Positions 13,180 through 26,569 of a stretch of 64,000 nucleotides of DNA are shown in pieces. Both the position numbers and the translations under genes were made by a program. Numbering within the stretch: the stretch's first letter is position 1; each line of letters begins with the position of its first letter. The notes below the pieces were generated by a model. It worked only from the letters and a program-made list of their open reading frames with translations, did not search any database and was not told the DNA's origin. This DNA is from Rhina ancylostomus (lineage: Eukaryota), in contig JARFYF010000094.1 of assembly GCA_030265395.1 (NCBI GenBank), positions 65,871,653 to 65,935,652 on the forward strand, given 5' to 3'.

Positions 13180-14790
13180 CTTACATTCAACATGCTGGAT
13201 TCTTTTATCACAGTCCCTGGGTACATCGTGTCCCATCAGCAAGACAAACCCAGAGATGTGGTATACTGATGTAGGAGCAGAATAGAATGGACAGTGTTCT
13301 CAAATATCAACTCCAGACCTCAAAAATCTCGTGGAATCATGTCAGAGGGGAGTAACTACTCTGGATTACTATCCACTGTTCATCCAAACTGATGAATCAG
13401 CACTCATCCATGTCAAACAACACCTGAAAGCAACACTAAGCAAGGGTATTAAATTTAATGTGACTATGAAATCAATGTCCATCACTAGGAGTGACTCAAT
13501 AAGCAGCACTACTGACCAACCTGGCTGATTCCTGAAAAACACCAGGTACCAGATGGGGATTGTAACTTATGATAAATGTACTTGACCATGCCCTGATCAA
13601 CCTATTTACTGCAGTTGTACTGTATCTGTCCAGTCTAGTATCAGTCAGAATAACCTACCTCTGCATAGCCCTTCTGGAAAATTCTCCGATGGTCACACCA
13701 AGGAAACCCTCCAGTGTTGTAAGGTGTTACAATAACACAAAATGGGATAGTTTAGGAACAGATCTGGCAACCCAAGACTTGGCATCCATGGAACAATGTG
13801 GGTTATTAACAGCAGAATGCATTCCAGAACATTCTGTAGCCTATTGCCATAGCCTTCATGTCCCCATGACTGCAAACCAAAAAAAAAGAGTTCAAAGAAA
13901 AGTGCCATGAACTACAATAAACTCATTGTATTCAGTGCTCCAGAACCAACTTAACTAGCTAAATGATCACAGGTATAGTCACAACAATGATATCCAACAA
14001 CAATGTAGAAAACTACCCATTTATTTCTGGTTTATGAAAAACAGGACATTTCCCAACTAACATGCAACTGTACAGTCAACTATCAAAGTGATGCAAGGTA
14101 ATGTTCAGTGTTATCACCTACTTACTGATATTTAATCTGGTTTTCACCAGGACATGAAGCCTCAAATCCTGCATGGACCAAAGAGTTGAATTCCAGAGAG
14201 GAGAGTGACATTCCATTTGATACAAGTGGGATTCCATTTGCCTGATGCAAAAGATGTTATTCAAAGCCAATTATCTCAGCCCTGGACCACTGCTACAGGA
14301 AATCCTCACAATAGTTCCCCAGGCCCAACCACTTTCAATATCCTCATGAGTAAGTCATCTCCCATCAGAAGGCCAGAAGTAAGGAAGTTGTCTGATGGTA
14401 TGCAATGCTCAATTCAAAATACAGCTGCTGGGAAAACAAAGCAGTTCATGTCTGCATACAGACACTACATTGTCAATTTTCAATGACAAACTAAATGTTA
14501 AGTCACATTCATGTCACGTGCTCAGCAAAGACCATCACCAATGAATTTAATATTCAATAGTATTACCATGACCAACTTTCCCAAGATAAACATCCTGAGA
14601 TGTCAACACTGACTAGAAATTCAACTGGAACAAGAACATAAATCATGTGACTGCAAGTACTGGTCAGAAGCTAGTTAATTATGGCACAGGTTACCCTGTG
14701 GTAAATGCCTGAATTCCATCTCTAGTAACAGTGGCTACAGTGTATACCATCTACAAAATGCACTGCAATTACTCAAGTTCAGTCTTAACT
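13180..14790 (+). mobile_element. Old CR1/L2-like LINE ORF2 remnant (endonuclease to RT, internally deleted)
   Basis: Decayed motifs such as ...LDHALINL, KWDSL.TDLATQD, ggcccaaccactttcaat (GPT.F) and gactagaaattcaactggaac (DQKLNW-like). Confidence 0.6.
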
Positions 14791-15499
14791 GACATTGCCT
14801 AAAACATAACATGCAATTCAACCTCCCACTCCCAGATTACAGATATCAAATCCTGCTCTGTGTCACCTGAAGTCTAGCAATAGTAGAGCTAAGCCTTAAA
14901 ACTCATCTCCAGTTGTGCCAAATCTAGAATCAGAACTGTTTAAAAAAGCCCTTGTAGAATAAAGGACACCATGTCAACAACCCCAATAGCCCCACTCTAA
15001 CAACGTTACATTCCAAAACTTATGTTTCATTCCCCTTGTATTGCCGAAGAACATTTCAAATACAAATGAAGCCTAATGTCCCTGTTACCTTAAGATATTC
15101 TGCAACAAGTACAGTTAAAATGATACCATGAAATATCATGTTTCTAAGCCAACTGGTATTTATCATTTTGAACCTTTGCCTGCTGTATTAACCATGGTTA
15201 GAAATAAAATTAAATTTACAATGAAATAAAAGTTAACCACTCATACACATTGTTTATAAAATAATGGAGAAGCATGAAATTAATTTCTCACGTATCAGTA
15301 AAATCACGGGATCATACTTAATGGTCACCTTAAATTAATGGCCCCTGAACAATTCTCTACTGGGATAAATGAATGTTATGAAAATATTTATCATCACAAT
15401 GACAATTAACAACCCAGAAGGGATCCGCTATACGTTTAAGATTGCCAGATCATATTTTAAATTGTTTGCAAAAAAAAGCATAGTGTGCACGGACAGATT

Positions 15500-16170
15500 A
15501 TTTATTTATTTATTCATGGCATATGGACATCACTGCCAGCTTTAAGATTGCTTTTCAGGATCTAGGCATTGCTATCAAGGCTAGCATATATTGCCCATCC
15601 CTAATTACCCTTGTGAAGGTGGTGGTGAGCTGCCTTCTTGAACCACTCCAGCCATTCTGATGAGGGTACTTCCATGGTATTATTAAGCAGAGAGTTCTAG
15701 GATTAAGTGACACCTGAAGGAACAGTGATGCATTTCCAAGTCCAGATGGTGTACGACTTGGAAAGAATCTGCTTGTCATGGTTTTCCTTGTGTACCTGCT
15801 GTCCTCTCCCTTCTTGGTAGTAAAGGTTGCGTGCTTGCAAAGTACTCTGGGAGTAGCTCATGTGAGTAACTGCACTAAACTTTGTAGGTGGAAGACAGAG
15901 CAGTTACTGCACCAGCAGTGGAGTGAATGAATGTTTAGATTGGTTGATGGGGTGCTAATCAAGCTTTAGGTTGTAAGGAGCCTGTCATTCACCACATGAT
16001 ACATCTTCTCTGATCTGAGCCAGCTTGAGATTCAGGTCATTTGGAACACCCAGGATATTGATGGTAGAAACTCAGCAAATGGTAATGCCATTGAATGTCC
16101 GGGGGGGGCGGGGCGGTGGTGATTATACTGTTGCTAGAGGTGGTCACTGTCTGGCACAAAAGCTACATAC
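15500..16170 (-). mobile_element. 3' end of the same old LINE family, minus strand
   Basis: ttgcccatccctaattacccttgtgaaggtggtggtgagctgccttcttgaac; a related fragment occurs at ~62120-62370. Confidence 0.65.
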
Positions 16171-16754
16171 TACTTAACAACCCATTTACTATACATCCCT
16201 AATTGTTCCCGACCTGAGGAAACTACATTGGTGGGTCTAAAGCAAGGAGCTCAAATTTGGGTGCAGTCTTGAAGGACATCAGTGAACTAGATAAATTTTT
16301 AATATCAATCCAGTTGTTTGATGGTAACAATTATTAAGGAAAGTTTTTCAACATTCCAGATTTACTTGAGTTTCTAAAATTACCTGTCAGGATGGGATTC
16401 ACCACTTGTCTCTGGATTAATGATCCAGAATTCGGGCTACCAGTCTAGTTCCTTCACTGATATGTCACTATGCCCTTATTAACTTTGAGGTATAGCAATA
16501 TAGACAACAGTGCTATTATATACAGGAAAACTCCAATCACTTAACACCCTTGGGACTTCAGTGGTGTGAGATCAGCAGATTTTCTAGGCTATTCTTATTA
16601 ATACTTGACATTTTTTTTCAAATGTTAAACAGGAGTATAATAAAATTTTCAGAATTCCAGACAAATTTAAAGAGTGTGCCGGAAATTATTTCCAGTGAGT
16701 TTATAGGGAGTGTGGAAAAAGTGGCCCCAGTGAGTTTAAAGGAAACGCAGGAAA

Positions 16755-17045
16755 CATAAGACCACAAGAATAGCAGAATTAGGCCATACAGCCCAATGAG
16801 TCTGCTCCACCATTCAATGACTCGGCATCCACAGCCCTTCATGGCAATATATTCTGCAAATTCACCATCTGGCTGAAGAAATTCCTCATCTTGATTATAA
16901 AGGAATGTCCCTTTATTCTCAGGCTGCCCCCTCAGATTCCAGACTCGCCTACTAATGGACACACCGTCTCCACATCTACTCTATCTAGGCCTTTCAGTAT
17001 TCCGTCAGTTTCTATGAGATCCTCAACTTTCTGAACTCCATTGAG
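16755..17045 (-). mobile_element. CR1 3' end fragment
   Basis: Minus ORFs read DLIET..ILKGLDRVDVE, a CR1 ORF2 C-terminal motif; tail ataagaccacaagaatagcagaattaggcc. Confidence 0.8.
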
Positions 17046-17999
17046 TTCAAATGCTCCTCCTACAGAACCAGATGAGGCAAATTTCCAAAAAAGCAGATAG
17101 CAGATTATCAGAATTTTACTGTACTTTGTAAATAGCAATGGAAAAGTTCCAATATTAACAACATCGCTTGCACTAGATATCAGATGTAAAAGGAACATAG
17201 TTGAATTGCAGGGGGGAGAAAAATCAGCGTAATGGAATAGCAAGATATTAGGAATCAGGTAAAACTCGTGTCCCCTCAGTTTTATTTTGATTCTTGACTG
17301 AAAGTGTGCTGACTGCAAAATTAACCATTGTACCCAATTGCAAAAGATGTGATCAATGTAAATTACTCATTGTCTTCATAATCTCAGGAACATAAAAGCA
17401 TGGACTATTAAGCACATTAAATGCAATTACTAACATCCATTTTCATATGTCTAGGACCTAAAATTATCAATGAAATAATGACATAAAAATATTTGGTAGC
17501 TTAATCTGAAGGATAAATATTAGTTAAAATACAGGGAGAATTCATCTCTTCAACAAATAACAATTAAATCTTGTACCAGGTGTTTTAATAGCTCATCTGA
17601 AAGATAGTATTTGACAGCAAAGCACTCCCTAAACACTGCTGTTGTTTGTCAACCCAGATTAAGTGTTCGCATCTCCACAGCACAGTTTAAATTTGCATGT
17701 CTTTGACTAAGAGGTGACAGTACAAGAAAGAAAACAAGCCTAAATATCTGCAGCTGAATTGAAAACAGACTATGCATTAAGAGATAAATACAATTAAATC
17801 TGTACTGCACTTACTCAGCTGGCAGAATGAACACACTCAGAATTAGTGTCCCCAAAGACAGCATTGAGATTTAACTAATAAAACAATTAACTGAACATGG
17901 AATTTCCTTCTTTCCACCTGAAAGATTAGGATTCATCAATTATACTCCAGGATTTTGTGATTTGATTTTTACCCTTCATTAATGATACATTTCCAAAAG

Positions 18000-19810
18000 A
18001 ACCTTATTCCAAATTTTAAAAAACACCTGAACAAAACTGACTTTGGTAAACCTTCCAAAAAAGTATCAGATGGCAAGCTGGTCAAAAATGAAAGCCCATG
18101 GGCTCCAAGGGAGAGTGGCAAATTGGACCCAAAATTGGCTGTATGGCACAAAGCATAGGGCAATGATCGAAAGGTGATTTTGAGACTGAATGCCGTCAGC
18201 AGTAGAGTCCCACAGAGCTTGGTACTTGATCCCATTCAGCAATATACTTTAAGCCTCAACCTATTTTAGTTCTCTATGTAACTGGCAAGAGAAATACATG
18301 AACAGATGATCTAAAAACTGGCTGTGGTGGACAATGAAATGGAAAGCTTTTAACTGCACAAAGATGTGTGTGTCCTGGTCAATTGGGCAGAGAAGAAACA
18401 CCGTAAATGGGATGTTTATCAAACAGATCCTGAGTGTATGTCCATTGATCCTTAAAGGCAGTAGGATGGTTCAAGCTGACATTCCAGATGCTTTCCTTTA
18501 CTAACCAGAGGTTTTGCTGGAACTGTATCCAACACCAGTTAAACCACAGCTCACGTAATACATCTACTTCTGGTCAGCACTGGAAAGACATCTACAAATT
18601 CACCGATGATACCACTGTAGTTGGCAGAATCTCAGAGGCGGCATGAGTGAGTAGTGTCACAACAACAACCTCCCACTTAGTGTCAGCAAGACCAAGGAAT
18701 TGTTTGTGGACTTCAGGAAGGGGAAGTCGGGAGAACAAACACCAGTCTTCACTGAGGGTTCAGCAGTGGAAAGGGTGAGCAGATTCAAGTTCCTGGGCAT
18801 CAACATCTCAGAGGATCTATCTTGGGCCCAACACATTGATGCAGTCACAAAGGCGGCATGTCAGCAGCTCTAATTCATTAGGAGTTGGAGGAGATTTGGG
18901 ATGTCACCAAAGACTCTTGCAAATTTCTACAGATGTAGAATGGAGTGCATTCTGACTGGTTGCACCACCGCCTGGTATGTAGGGTCCAATGTGCAGGATC
19001 GAAAGAGGCTGCAGAAGGTCGTAGACTCAGTCAGCTCCATCACAGACACAACATTCGCCGCCATAGAGGACGACTTCAAGAGGTGGTGCCTCAAGGCAGC
19101 AACATCCATCATTAAGGACCCTCACCATCCAGGATATGCCCTCTGCACGTTACTACCATTGAGTTGGTGGTACAGGAGCCTGAATACCCACACTCAACAT
19201 TTCAGGAACAGCTTCTTCCCCTCTGTCATCAGACTTCTGAATGGTCCATGAACACTACCTTTTCTGCACTATTTTTGGAACTTACAGTAATATTTTATGT
19301 CTTGCACGGTAGTGCTGCCGCAAAACAAATTTCAAGACATATGTCAGTGATAATAAACCTGATTCTGAAAAGAAAATTGAAGGGGATGTTGCTGGGACAA
19401 GAAAACTTTAGTTATTAACAAATCAAGGAAGCTGGGATTGTTTCCTTTGGAACACAGGAAGCAGCGGGGAAATTTAAATAAGGTTTAAAATGATCATGGG
19501 CCCAGATAAATATAAGCTATTTCCCTTTGCAGTGGGCAAAGACGTAAAGTAATCTGCAGAAGGATGAGAAGGGAAATGAGAAAAAATGTTTTCACCCAGA
19601 GATTGGTAGAGGCCAGGAACTCGCTGTATAAAGGATAGTGGAGGGAGTGAGGTACAATCCCCCTTCATTTAATAGGTATTTGGATGCATATTTGAAGAGC
19701 CCTAACCTATAGGACGAGAGACAGTGCTGCAAGGTGGAATTAGGTTGGGTAACTTCTTCAACCAGCATGGACAGGATGGGCCTATTAGTCTCATTCTGTG
19801 CCACAAATTT
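18000..19810 (+). mobile_element. Decayed CR1 LINE split by a Rex1/Babar insertion
   Basis: CR1 RT-region motifs at 18000-18590 resume at ~19370 (gggatgttgctgggac...ttagttat...gctgggattgtttcctttggaac) and end in a CR1 tail at ~19800. Confidence 0.7.
18588..19369 (+). mobile_element. Rex1/Babar-clade LINE, 5'-truncated RT and 3' tail
   Basis: Translates IYKFTDDTTVVGRIS, DFRK, FKFLGINISEDLSWAQHI, LANFYRC..E.ILTGC.TAWY and FRNSFFPSVIRLLN; ends aataaacctgattctg. Confidence 0.9.
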
Positions 19811-21306
19811 TGTTATTTATTAGTAACCTGAAGAAATAAACAATTAGATTTATTTAAATTAGCCTAGTCATAATGTGCAATTATGGCCATTACTTGACTG
19901 AAATCCAACAACCAAACTGCTCACAAAGATCAGTGGTCCCAGTTTGAAACCCTATGCCTTTGAAAAAGTACTCACTGTTACAACAATTCCAAACAAAAAA
20001 AACTTTTTAATCAATCCTTAAATAAACTGACATAGTAAAACAGTACATTCTGGCTAAACACCACCTGCACTGTTATTTTAAATGTTTACAAGATTGAATT
20101 GCATTTAACAGCTAAATCTCTTTGTGCTTTAATTTCCAAAGTCAAAACATAAAATGAAAAGAGAAAAAAACTACGTAGTATCCAAGTGCAATGTCACATT
20201 TTCTGATGGCATTTTCCACTGCATTACCTATAACAAAGACCATGTAAACATTGTGCAATTACAGTTGGGAACTTTGAGTAATAATGCAGAAGAATTAAAC
20301 AACAAATACTTCTTGCACGCTACTTGGACTTCAGCTGCTTTTGTTCATAGAACAAATGCAAACACAAAGCAAAACATATGTTTGAATATATTCAAAGGAT
20401 GTGTGAAATCAAACTTCTGAGCAGATCTTGAAAGTCAAAAATCAGGGACTTAATTCAGTCTATTTATTTTTAAAAGTTAAATCTAGCAGTATTAAAAAGT
20501 TAATGATCCCAGCTCTCACTAACTCCCACCCCCCAAAACCCACTCAGTTTCCTTTGCAGAATATCATTTTCTGTCAGCCAATCAAATACGCCAAGCTGGC
20601 TATGACCTACCAGAGAGTTACCATGGTAACATCTGCCTTCTGGAATACATGTCATGCATGTTAAGTGCTTTCCGGACACACAACAGTTTAGGACTGCACC
20701 AAAATGCATCTACTGATTGATCAAAAAGGCATGCATTAAATGAAAGTCATAGCTGGTAACTTCAAGATAATTTAAAAATGCATAAAATTTCATATTTTTA
20801 AACTGTCTACACTTGGACTAAGAAATTATTCACCCATTTTATGTAGCTGATCAATGGTGAAGTCTGGTATGCAGTCCAAAATTAAGCTCTTGATTGTCGA
20901 TAAAAATAGCTCAAAGCAATGTGTAGCTTTACCTAAGACCTCAAGGTACTCTTGCTAGCTACAAAACGCTCACGTTCAGCACCATTTCAAATGAATATAT
21001 GCATTTTGAACTTTTAACAGATGCAAAGAATGTTACCGTATTTACATTTTCAAAACTGATACCTTCCACGCCTACCACATTTACCAAGATCAAACCACCT
21101 CCCCCCGCCCCCCCCCCGAACTCATCAATGTAACCTGAGCTTTATACAAAAGCAGCAGTCCTCAAGCCATTCAACCAATTTCTCTTTTAAAGCAATATGG
21201 CAATGTATAACCAGCACGATTTCACTGGTGAAAAATCTGCCAACTAAATTCAGCTGAGGCTGTTAGCATCATCAATATAATGATTCCCATCCCCCACTTA
21301 TCTTTT

Positions 21307-21312
<6 letters not shown>

Positions 21313-21346
<34 letters not shown>

Positions 21347-21380
21347 TACACATACACACACGTATATACATATTCACACA
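21313..21380. repeat. (TA)n microsatellite followed by a CA/TA-rich tract
   Basis: About 14 TA units seen directly. Confidence 0.95.
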
Positions 21381-21616
21381 TGTTAAAAGCTAATCATGAA
21401 AGCTATGCAACAAAACAAAAGCAAACATCTTCCAGCTTCGTTCCCCACCACCTCACCCCCAGACCATGGAAAAACTGACCATTAGAATAGGATGAAAATG
21501 CTTACTATTAACAATATTCAGTTCAGGTCTCCTAAAACAATTTCAGTCTAAATTATAACTAATCAGATAAATTGTAAACATTGTAGGGAACTGTAAATCA
21601 TTTTGCAGTGCTTCTG

Positions 21617-21722
21617 TACCCTTTTTTTCTCCAAACATAACTTTGCTCATTGCAGCCAAAAAGTTCTATTTCAACTTCATTAGTCCACAGGACTTGTTTC
21701 CAAAATGGATCAGGCTTGTTTG
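21617..21722 (-). mobile_element. Tc1/mariner transposase fragment
   Basis: Minus strand translates FWKQVLWTNEVEIELFGCNEQSYVWRKKG, the Tc1 W.DE.K.ELFG...VWR block around the first catalytic Asp (here D>N). Confidence 0.8.
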
Positions 21723-22434
21723 TTATTAGTTCCATAATGGCCCAAAGAATCATTAGGACCTGAAGTCACACCCAAATCAGTACTTTAGTTATTCCTTTAT
21801 TACAGTGGAGACATTAAGCATGTTTGTTAAATGAAACTACTAACCTGTTTATTCAAATCCACCTATGCAATAAAGATCTGGAATAAACTGAAAGAATCAT
21901 ACAGCACAGAAACAGGCTCTTTGGCCCACCATGTCCATTCCCACCATCAAATACCCAACTGTTCTAAGCCTGTTTTCAGCATTTAAGACATTTATAATTC
22001 AATGTCATATGCTCTGTTCAAAACTACTGAGTGTTCACTTTTATATAGGTAAATCTTCAACTGAGTAAACCAACTAAAAAACAGCTTTACTATTTCCTTT
22101 GTGAGTTTAATATAAAAACTAGTCTTAACATTCCAGGAGATCTCCAAGGGTAATTTTTATATGCATATTTTATAATGTTCTCCTGCTTTGTGCCCATACA
22201 ATAAACAGAATTTGTTATACATTTGATTATTTTTTGCACTTCCATGCAGCCGTTTAATCTCAGAACCCTACAGAAATTTTTGAGAAATATATTGTTGAGG
22301 AACCAACATAAATAATCGCAAAGCTATCCCCTCCCAGTCTCGGGCTTTGTCTGATTCAGCCTAGGCAATTTCAACATTGCATTAAGTCCAATGTTGAGCA
22401 TCCAACATCAACCACTTCTGCAACACAAAAAAAT

Positions 22435-22595
22435 AAATTCAGAAGATGCCAGAATTCTGACATAAGAGAAAATGGTACAAATGCTCTGATCAGGCAGCTT
22501 TCATGGAGAGTTGCTGTTTTGGGTTGGTTTAGGTTAACCCTAATTCTCTCCCCATATGTGCTGCCTGGCCACTAAGCATTTATATTCATGTTTTA
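22435..22595. mobile_element. Fold-back element derived from the Penelope terminus (decayed)
   Basis: Left arm aaatggtacaaatgctctgatcaggcagc and right arm gctgcctggccactaagcattt are inverted copies. Confidence 0.55.
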
Positions 22596-22959
22596 CTCTC
22601 ACTTCCACATCATCCAACTCCTAATTCAGTCTATCTGCCACTACAATCAACTTTGGAATGGAAATTGCTCAAGTAACACCAAAATCAATACCAGGCAAGC
22701 TCATTGTTAAAGTTCTTTGATAATGTCAGATGGAATTACATACTGAACTATCAACACAACACAACTTTGTGCCAATATTGCCTTTATAGCACAAATGAAA
22801 TCTCAAGTTGAACAAAATGGAGCAAGTTATCTCAATCTACCTTGCTTCAGGATGAATGTGAAAACCACCAACATCCATAGATATAAAGCATCTTTCACAC
22901 ACTGAGCTACCAATTCATTACTTTTGAAATGCAGCCACTGTGGTGATACTGAAAAATGA

Positions 22960-23405
22960 ATGTGAAGGCCCAAAGAGTGTGCAGAAAATATTCCATTAAA
23001 TGAGCTACAGGCGAGGCCTTTAGTTACCTTTATGGACTCAAGAAGCTGGGAGTGTCCTCAGAGCACAGAAGTTTGGGAGATGACTTGGAACACTTGTATC
23101 AAATTATCAAAATGATAAAGACCTGAATCTATCCACCAAAGTGTCAAGAATCAGGAACAGATTTAAAGTAATTGGTGAAGGAACCAGAGGTGATGAGGAA
23201 AAACTTTTCAAGCATAAACAAGATAAAATGCAAGGGTTGTGAAATTACATTGAATCACAGCTTTCGGAAGGGAAATGGATAGAAATTTCAGGAAACAGAA
23301 AAATACAAGGATAAGGGGAAAAGACCCGTAGAATGATACTAACTGGATTGCTCTGAATTAGAACTGGCATAGGCTCAATGGCCCAAATGACCTCTTCCTG
23401 TTTCT
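22960..23405 (+). mobile_element. CR1 3' fragment
   Basis: agaagctgggagtgtcctcagagcacagaag...gatttaaagtaattggtgaaggaaccagaggtgatgagg...ggcccaaatgacctcttc. Confidence 0.7.
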
Positions 23406-26075
23406 GTGAAATGGGCTTGAAGCGGTTATGCAACCAAAGGCTTGGACTAATGACCCAGATATACAAGTTCAAATCCCACTCAGACAATTGAGGATTTAAA
23501 ACTAATTAAATACGCTATGGAATATAAAGCTTGAATCAGTATTGGTGACTGCAAAGCTACTAGATCATAAAAGGCCCTTCAGTTTGTTCACGCCCTTTTA
23601 GCTGAGAAAATCTGCCATCCTTACAGAGCCCAACTTATTTGCAACTTGGACCCTGTAATATGGTAGTCTTGACTGTTCTCTTAAATGGCCTAGCAAGCCA
23701 CTTAGTTCAATGAGTGATGACGGATCAGCAATGACTCTGTCCTTACTGGTGATGCCTATATCCAAAGAATGAATTTAAAAAACTGCAGCAACCAATTTTG
23801 CCACAGAACAATAATAATGAAGTAAATTACAAGTTGATCTGAGCAATGAATAAAGACTGGCCAACAGACAAATCTTAGCACTAACAGTAACTGAGTACAA
23901 AAGCATACAGCACATAGGCAATTATCTTCAAAAGTTAGCATTCTATTCAGTTCTGCACTCCCTCATCCAGCCTATTCATCACAGATATAAGAGCAAATCT
24001 AAGAGAGAGCTTTTGACCCCATTAGGTTCCTGAAAGAGCACTCTGCTGTGAATGCTGTGTTAACAGATTGAGGTCCACGAAACAAAATTATTACCAACAA
24101 TGTAAGAGTGATGTATTTACCATTGTACTGTTTAAACTAATATCATAATCCCATTTTCAATATGTGAAGAAAAGAATGGCAACCTTTTATGGCTAGAGAA
24201 ACAAATCACAACTCTGCAGCTACTTGGGATAAACATTTGCTACTTATCACTTTGTAAGCAATACTTAAAATAATTTTCATGGTTTGATACCAATTCATTT
24301 ACCAAATTTCCCACCCCACGTGTAGAAGACTATTTACCATGGAGGTAAATCAAAGTAATCCTGTTTCTAATACCTATTTTTCCCCAAAAAGGATCATTCG
24401 ACTGTGTGCAAAAACAGGAACTCAACTGTAATCATCCAATTTATCACAGGCCAGAATTAAACCTTAGACATTTCTTATTAACATGGTACAGTCAATACTA
24501 CCTACTAGGCTAATAGTCCAACTTCTAAATTTTGCAATTTGCAATGTCAATTTTGCATATTCACAGAATACTCAAGTTTTTCTAAAAATTGTAATATTTA
24601 ACTGCAAAGTGACACAATTTTCCATAGCTGTAAAGTTGTGGTAACTGTAACTGATGACAATCTTTGCAATTGTAACTGAAGCAGTAAAACTATATTGCTA
24701 GAGATAAATCCTGCTTCATTATTTTTAAACAGAGAATCAATGTAATGATTTGGGGGAAATGTTCTCATCCCAGTCAGCTTATGTGTCACAATTCCATAAC
24801 TCTCCAACCAAAAAGCGTGCCTCTTTTGGAAATGCGATTAAATGTTTCCACTCTATGGTACTAGTTTAAAAAACAAAGTTCATCACACTTACATTGATAA
24901 CATTAATTTTGCAAGATGAACACCAGTCACACAAATCTGCTGCTAATCCAACATTCACAGTAGAGCATTCTTTCAAGAAGCTAATGAGGTCAAAGGCTCC
25001 CTTGTGAATTTGCTATTATGCCTGTAATGAATTTGCTGATGTCAGGCATTCAAAAGATCAGAATTCTATGTTTTTAAGTGCAAAGGATATAATCAATTGC
25101 CTTAAAATAACCAAGGTTATTGAGTTTCAACATCTGTATTTACGCTCTTAATCAGCAAAACAAAACTATCTGAGCATTCAGACACAAAGCTGCAAAGGAA
25201 CTAATGGCAGTGGTGGTAGGGAGCCAAAGGTTTGTTGCATGTACATTTTCAGGAATAAAAATAGAAGCAAGAAAATTTCAGGCAAAGGCAATACAATTTT
25301 GAAACTTAAGAATTATTGCTAGCAGACACACTGAAGCTTCAGCACAGTTCATCAGGTAAAATGAACATGAAAACAAGAGGCAAAACATTCACTCATTTAG
25401 GTCATCCATTCAGAAGCAGATCAGTTTTTCCAGAATGAAATACCCAAATATTTACCTTCACCCTTAAGATTTTGTCATCAACTCTCCAAATGTTCATTAC
25501 TATACAAACACAACTTGTTGACTTGAATCCTAGACCAACCATGTCCTCTTGCCCTCATGCCAGATTTAAAAGTAGCATATGCTACATGTTTGTCCAATAC
25601 CAGTAACTTGTATACCAAAGATTATTTTTCAAGCATGCTTTTGAAGGCTTAAAAGCCAGTCTTGCCAGGTTTTCTTAATTTAGACCATGGAAGTGAATGT
25701 TAAGGCTCTTTTCTTCAATACCAACAGTACTTGAATGCCTTCCTTGTACCTTGGCAAACCAAAACAGACACTTTACTCAAGATGTGGTCTTAAAGTAATG
25801 AACAATTTGATCACAGCTACTAATTTGTATTTTTCTGCTCTAGCTATGTTGTTGTTCTCATTGTTTTTATTCCACTTTGGTTAGATGCAGGTTTGTCAAC
25901 TTTCCTTTCAACTTCAATGAAGCTCATTTGAGCTATTAATAGTGCAGGTGCTGCTTATTTTTCTATCATATGTGCACTACTTTGCAGCCATCTCTATTAA
26001 ATTTCATAATCCATTTATCATCCAATGTTTTGTTCTGTTTGCCCCAAGTCTTAAATCAAATAACCAATTCCATAG

Positions 26076-26569
26076 TGTTACACACTAGGACTATTAGTGA
26101 GTGTCCCTTTCAGATAGTGTGCGCGGCGTGCCTACGTCAACAGAAGATAAAGAACGTCATGAGGTTCCAGTCTGAAGGGGGGAGAGGGGGAGGGAGAGNN
26201 NNNNNNNNNNNNNNNNNNNNNNNNNNNNNNNNNNNNNNNNNNNNNNNNNNNNNNNNNNNNNNNNNNNNNNNNNNNNNNNNNNNNNNNNNNNNNNNNNNTG
26301 TTGAAGAAGCCTTTACTCATGTTTCACCTTATGGCTTGCTGAACTGAACTTTAAGAACCATTCCTGGATGTGGAGCTTGGGAATTTGCCACACACACACG
26401 ACAAGTTTAGTTAGTTTTGGGGGTTAATGTTCAGGGTTTAACATTTTTACTTCTAACATTCTAATATTTTTACTTTTATTTTACTTAATATCATAAGTAG
26501 TTATTAATAAAGTAGATTTTAACACTTATACATGTCTCAGTGTGTGTCTTTTGTTGCTGGTACGTAACA
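26076..26569 (+). mobile_element. Solo LTR of an LTR retrotransposon (contains an assembly gap)
   Basis: Termini TGTTAC...GTAACA (6-bp inverted, TG..CA); 4-bp TSD ATAG at 26072-26075 and 26570-26573; AATAAA at 26506-26511. Confidence 0.8.

Noticed and set aside
20060-20075. miR-17-family-like cacctgcactgt
   Set aside because: Partial match lacking the AAAGTG seed and a precursor hairpin; I found no known miRNA in the window by eye.
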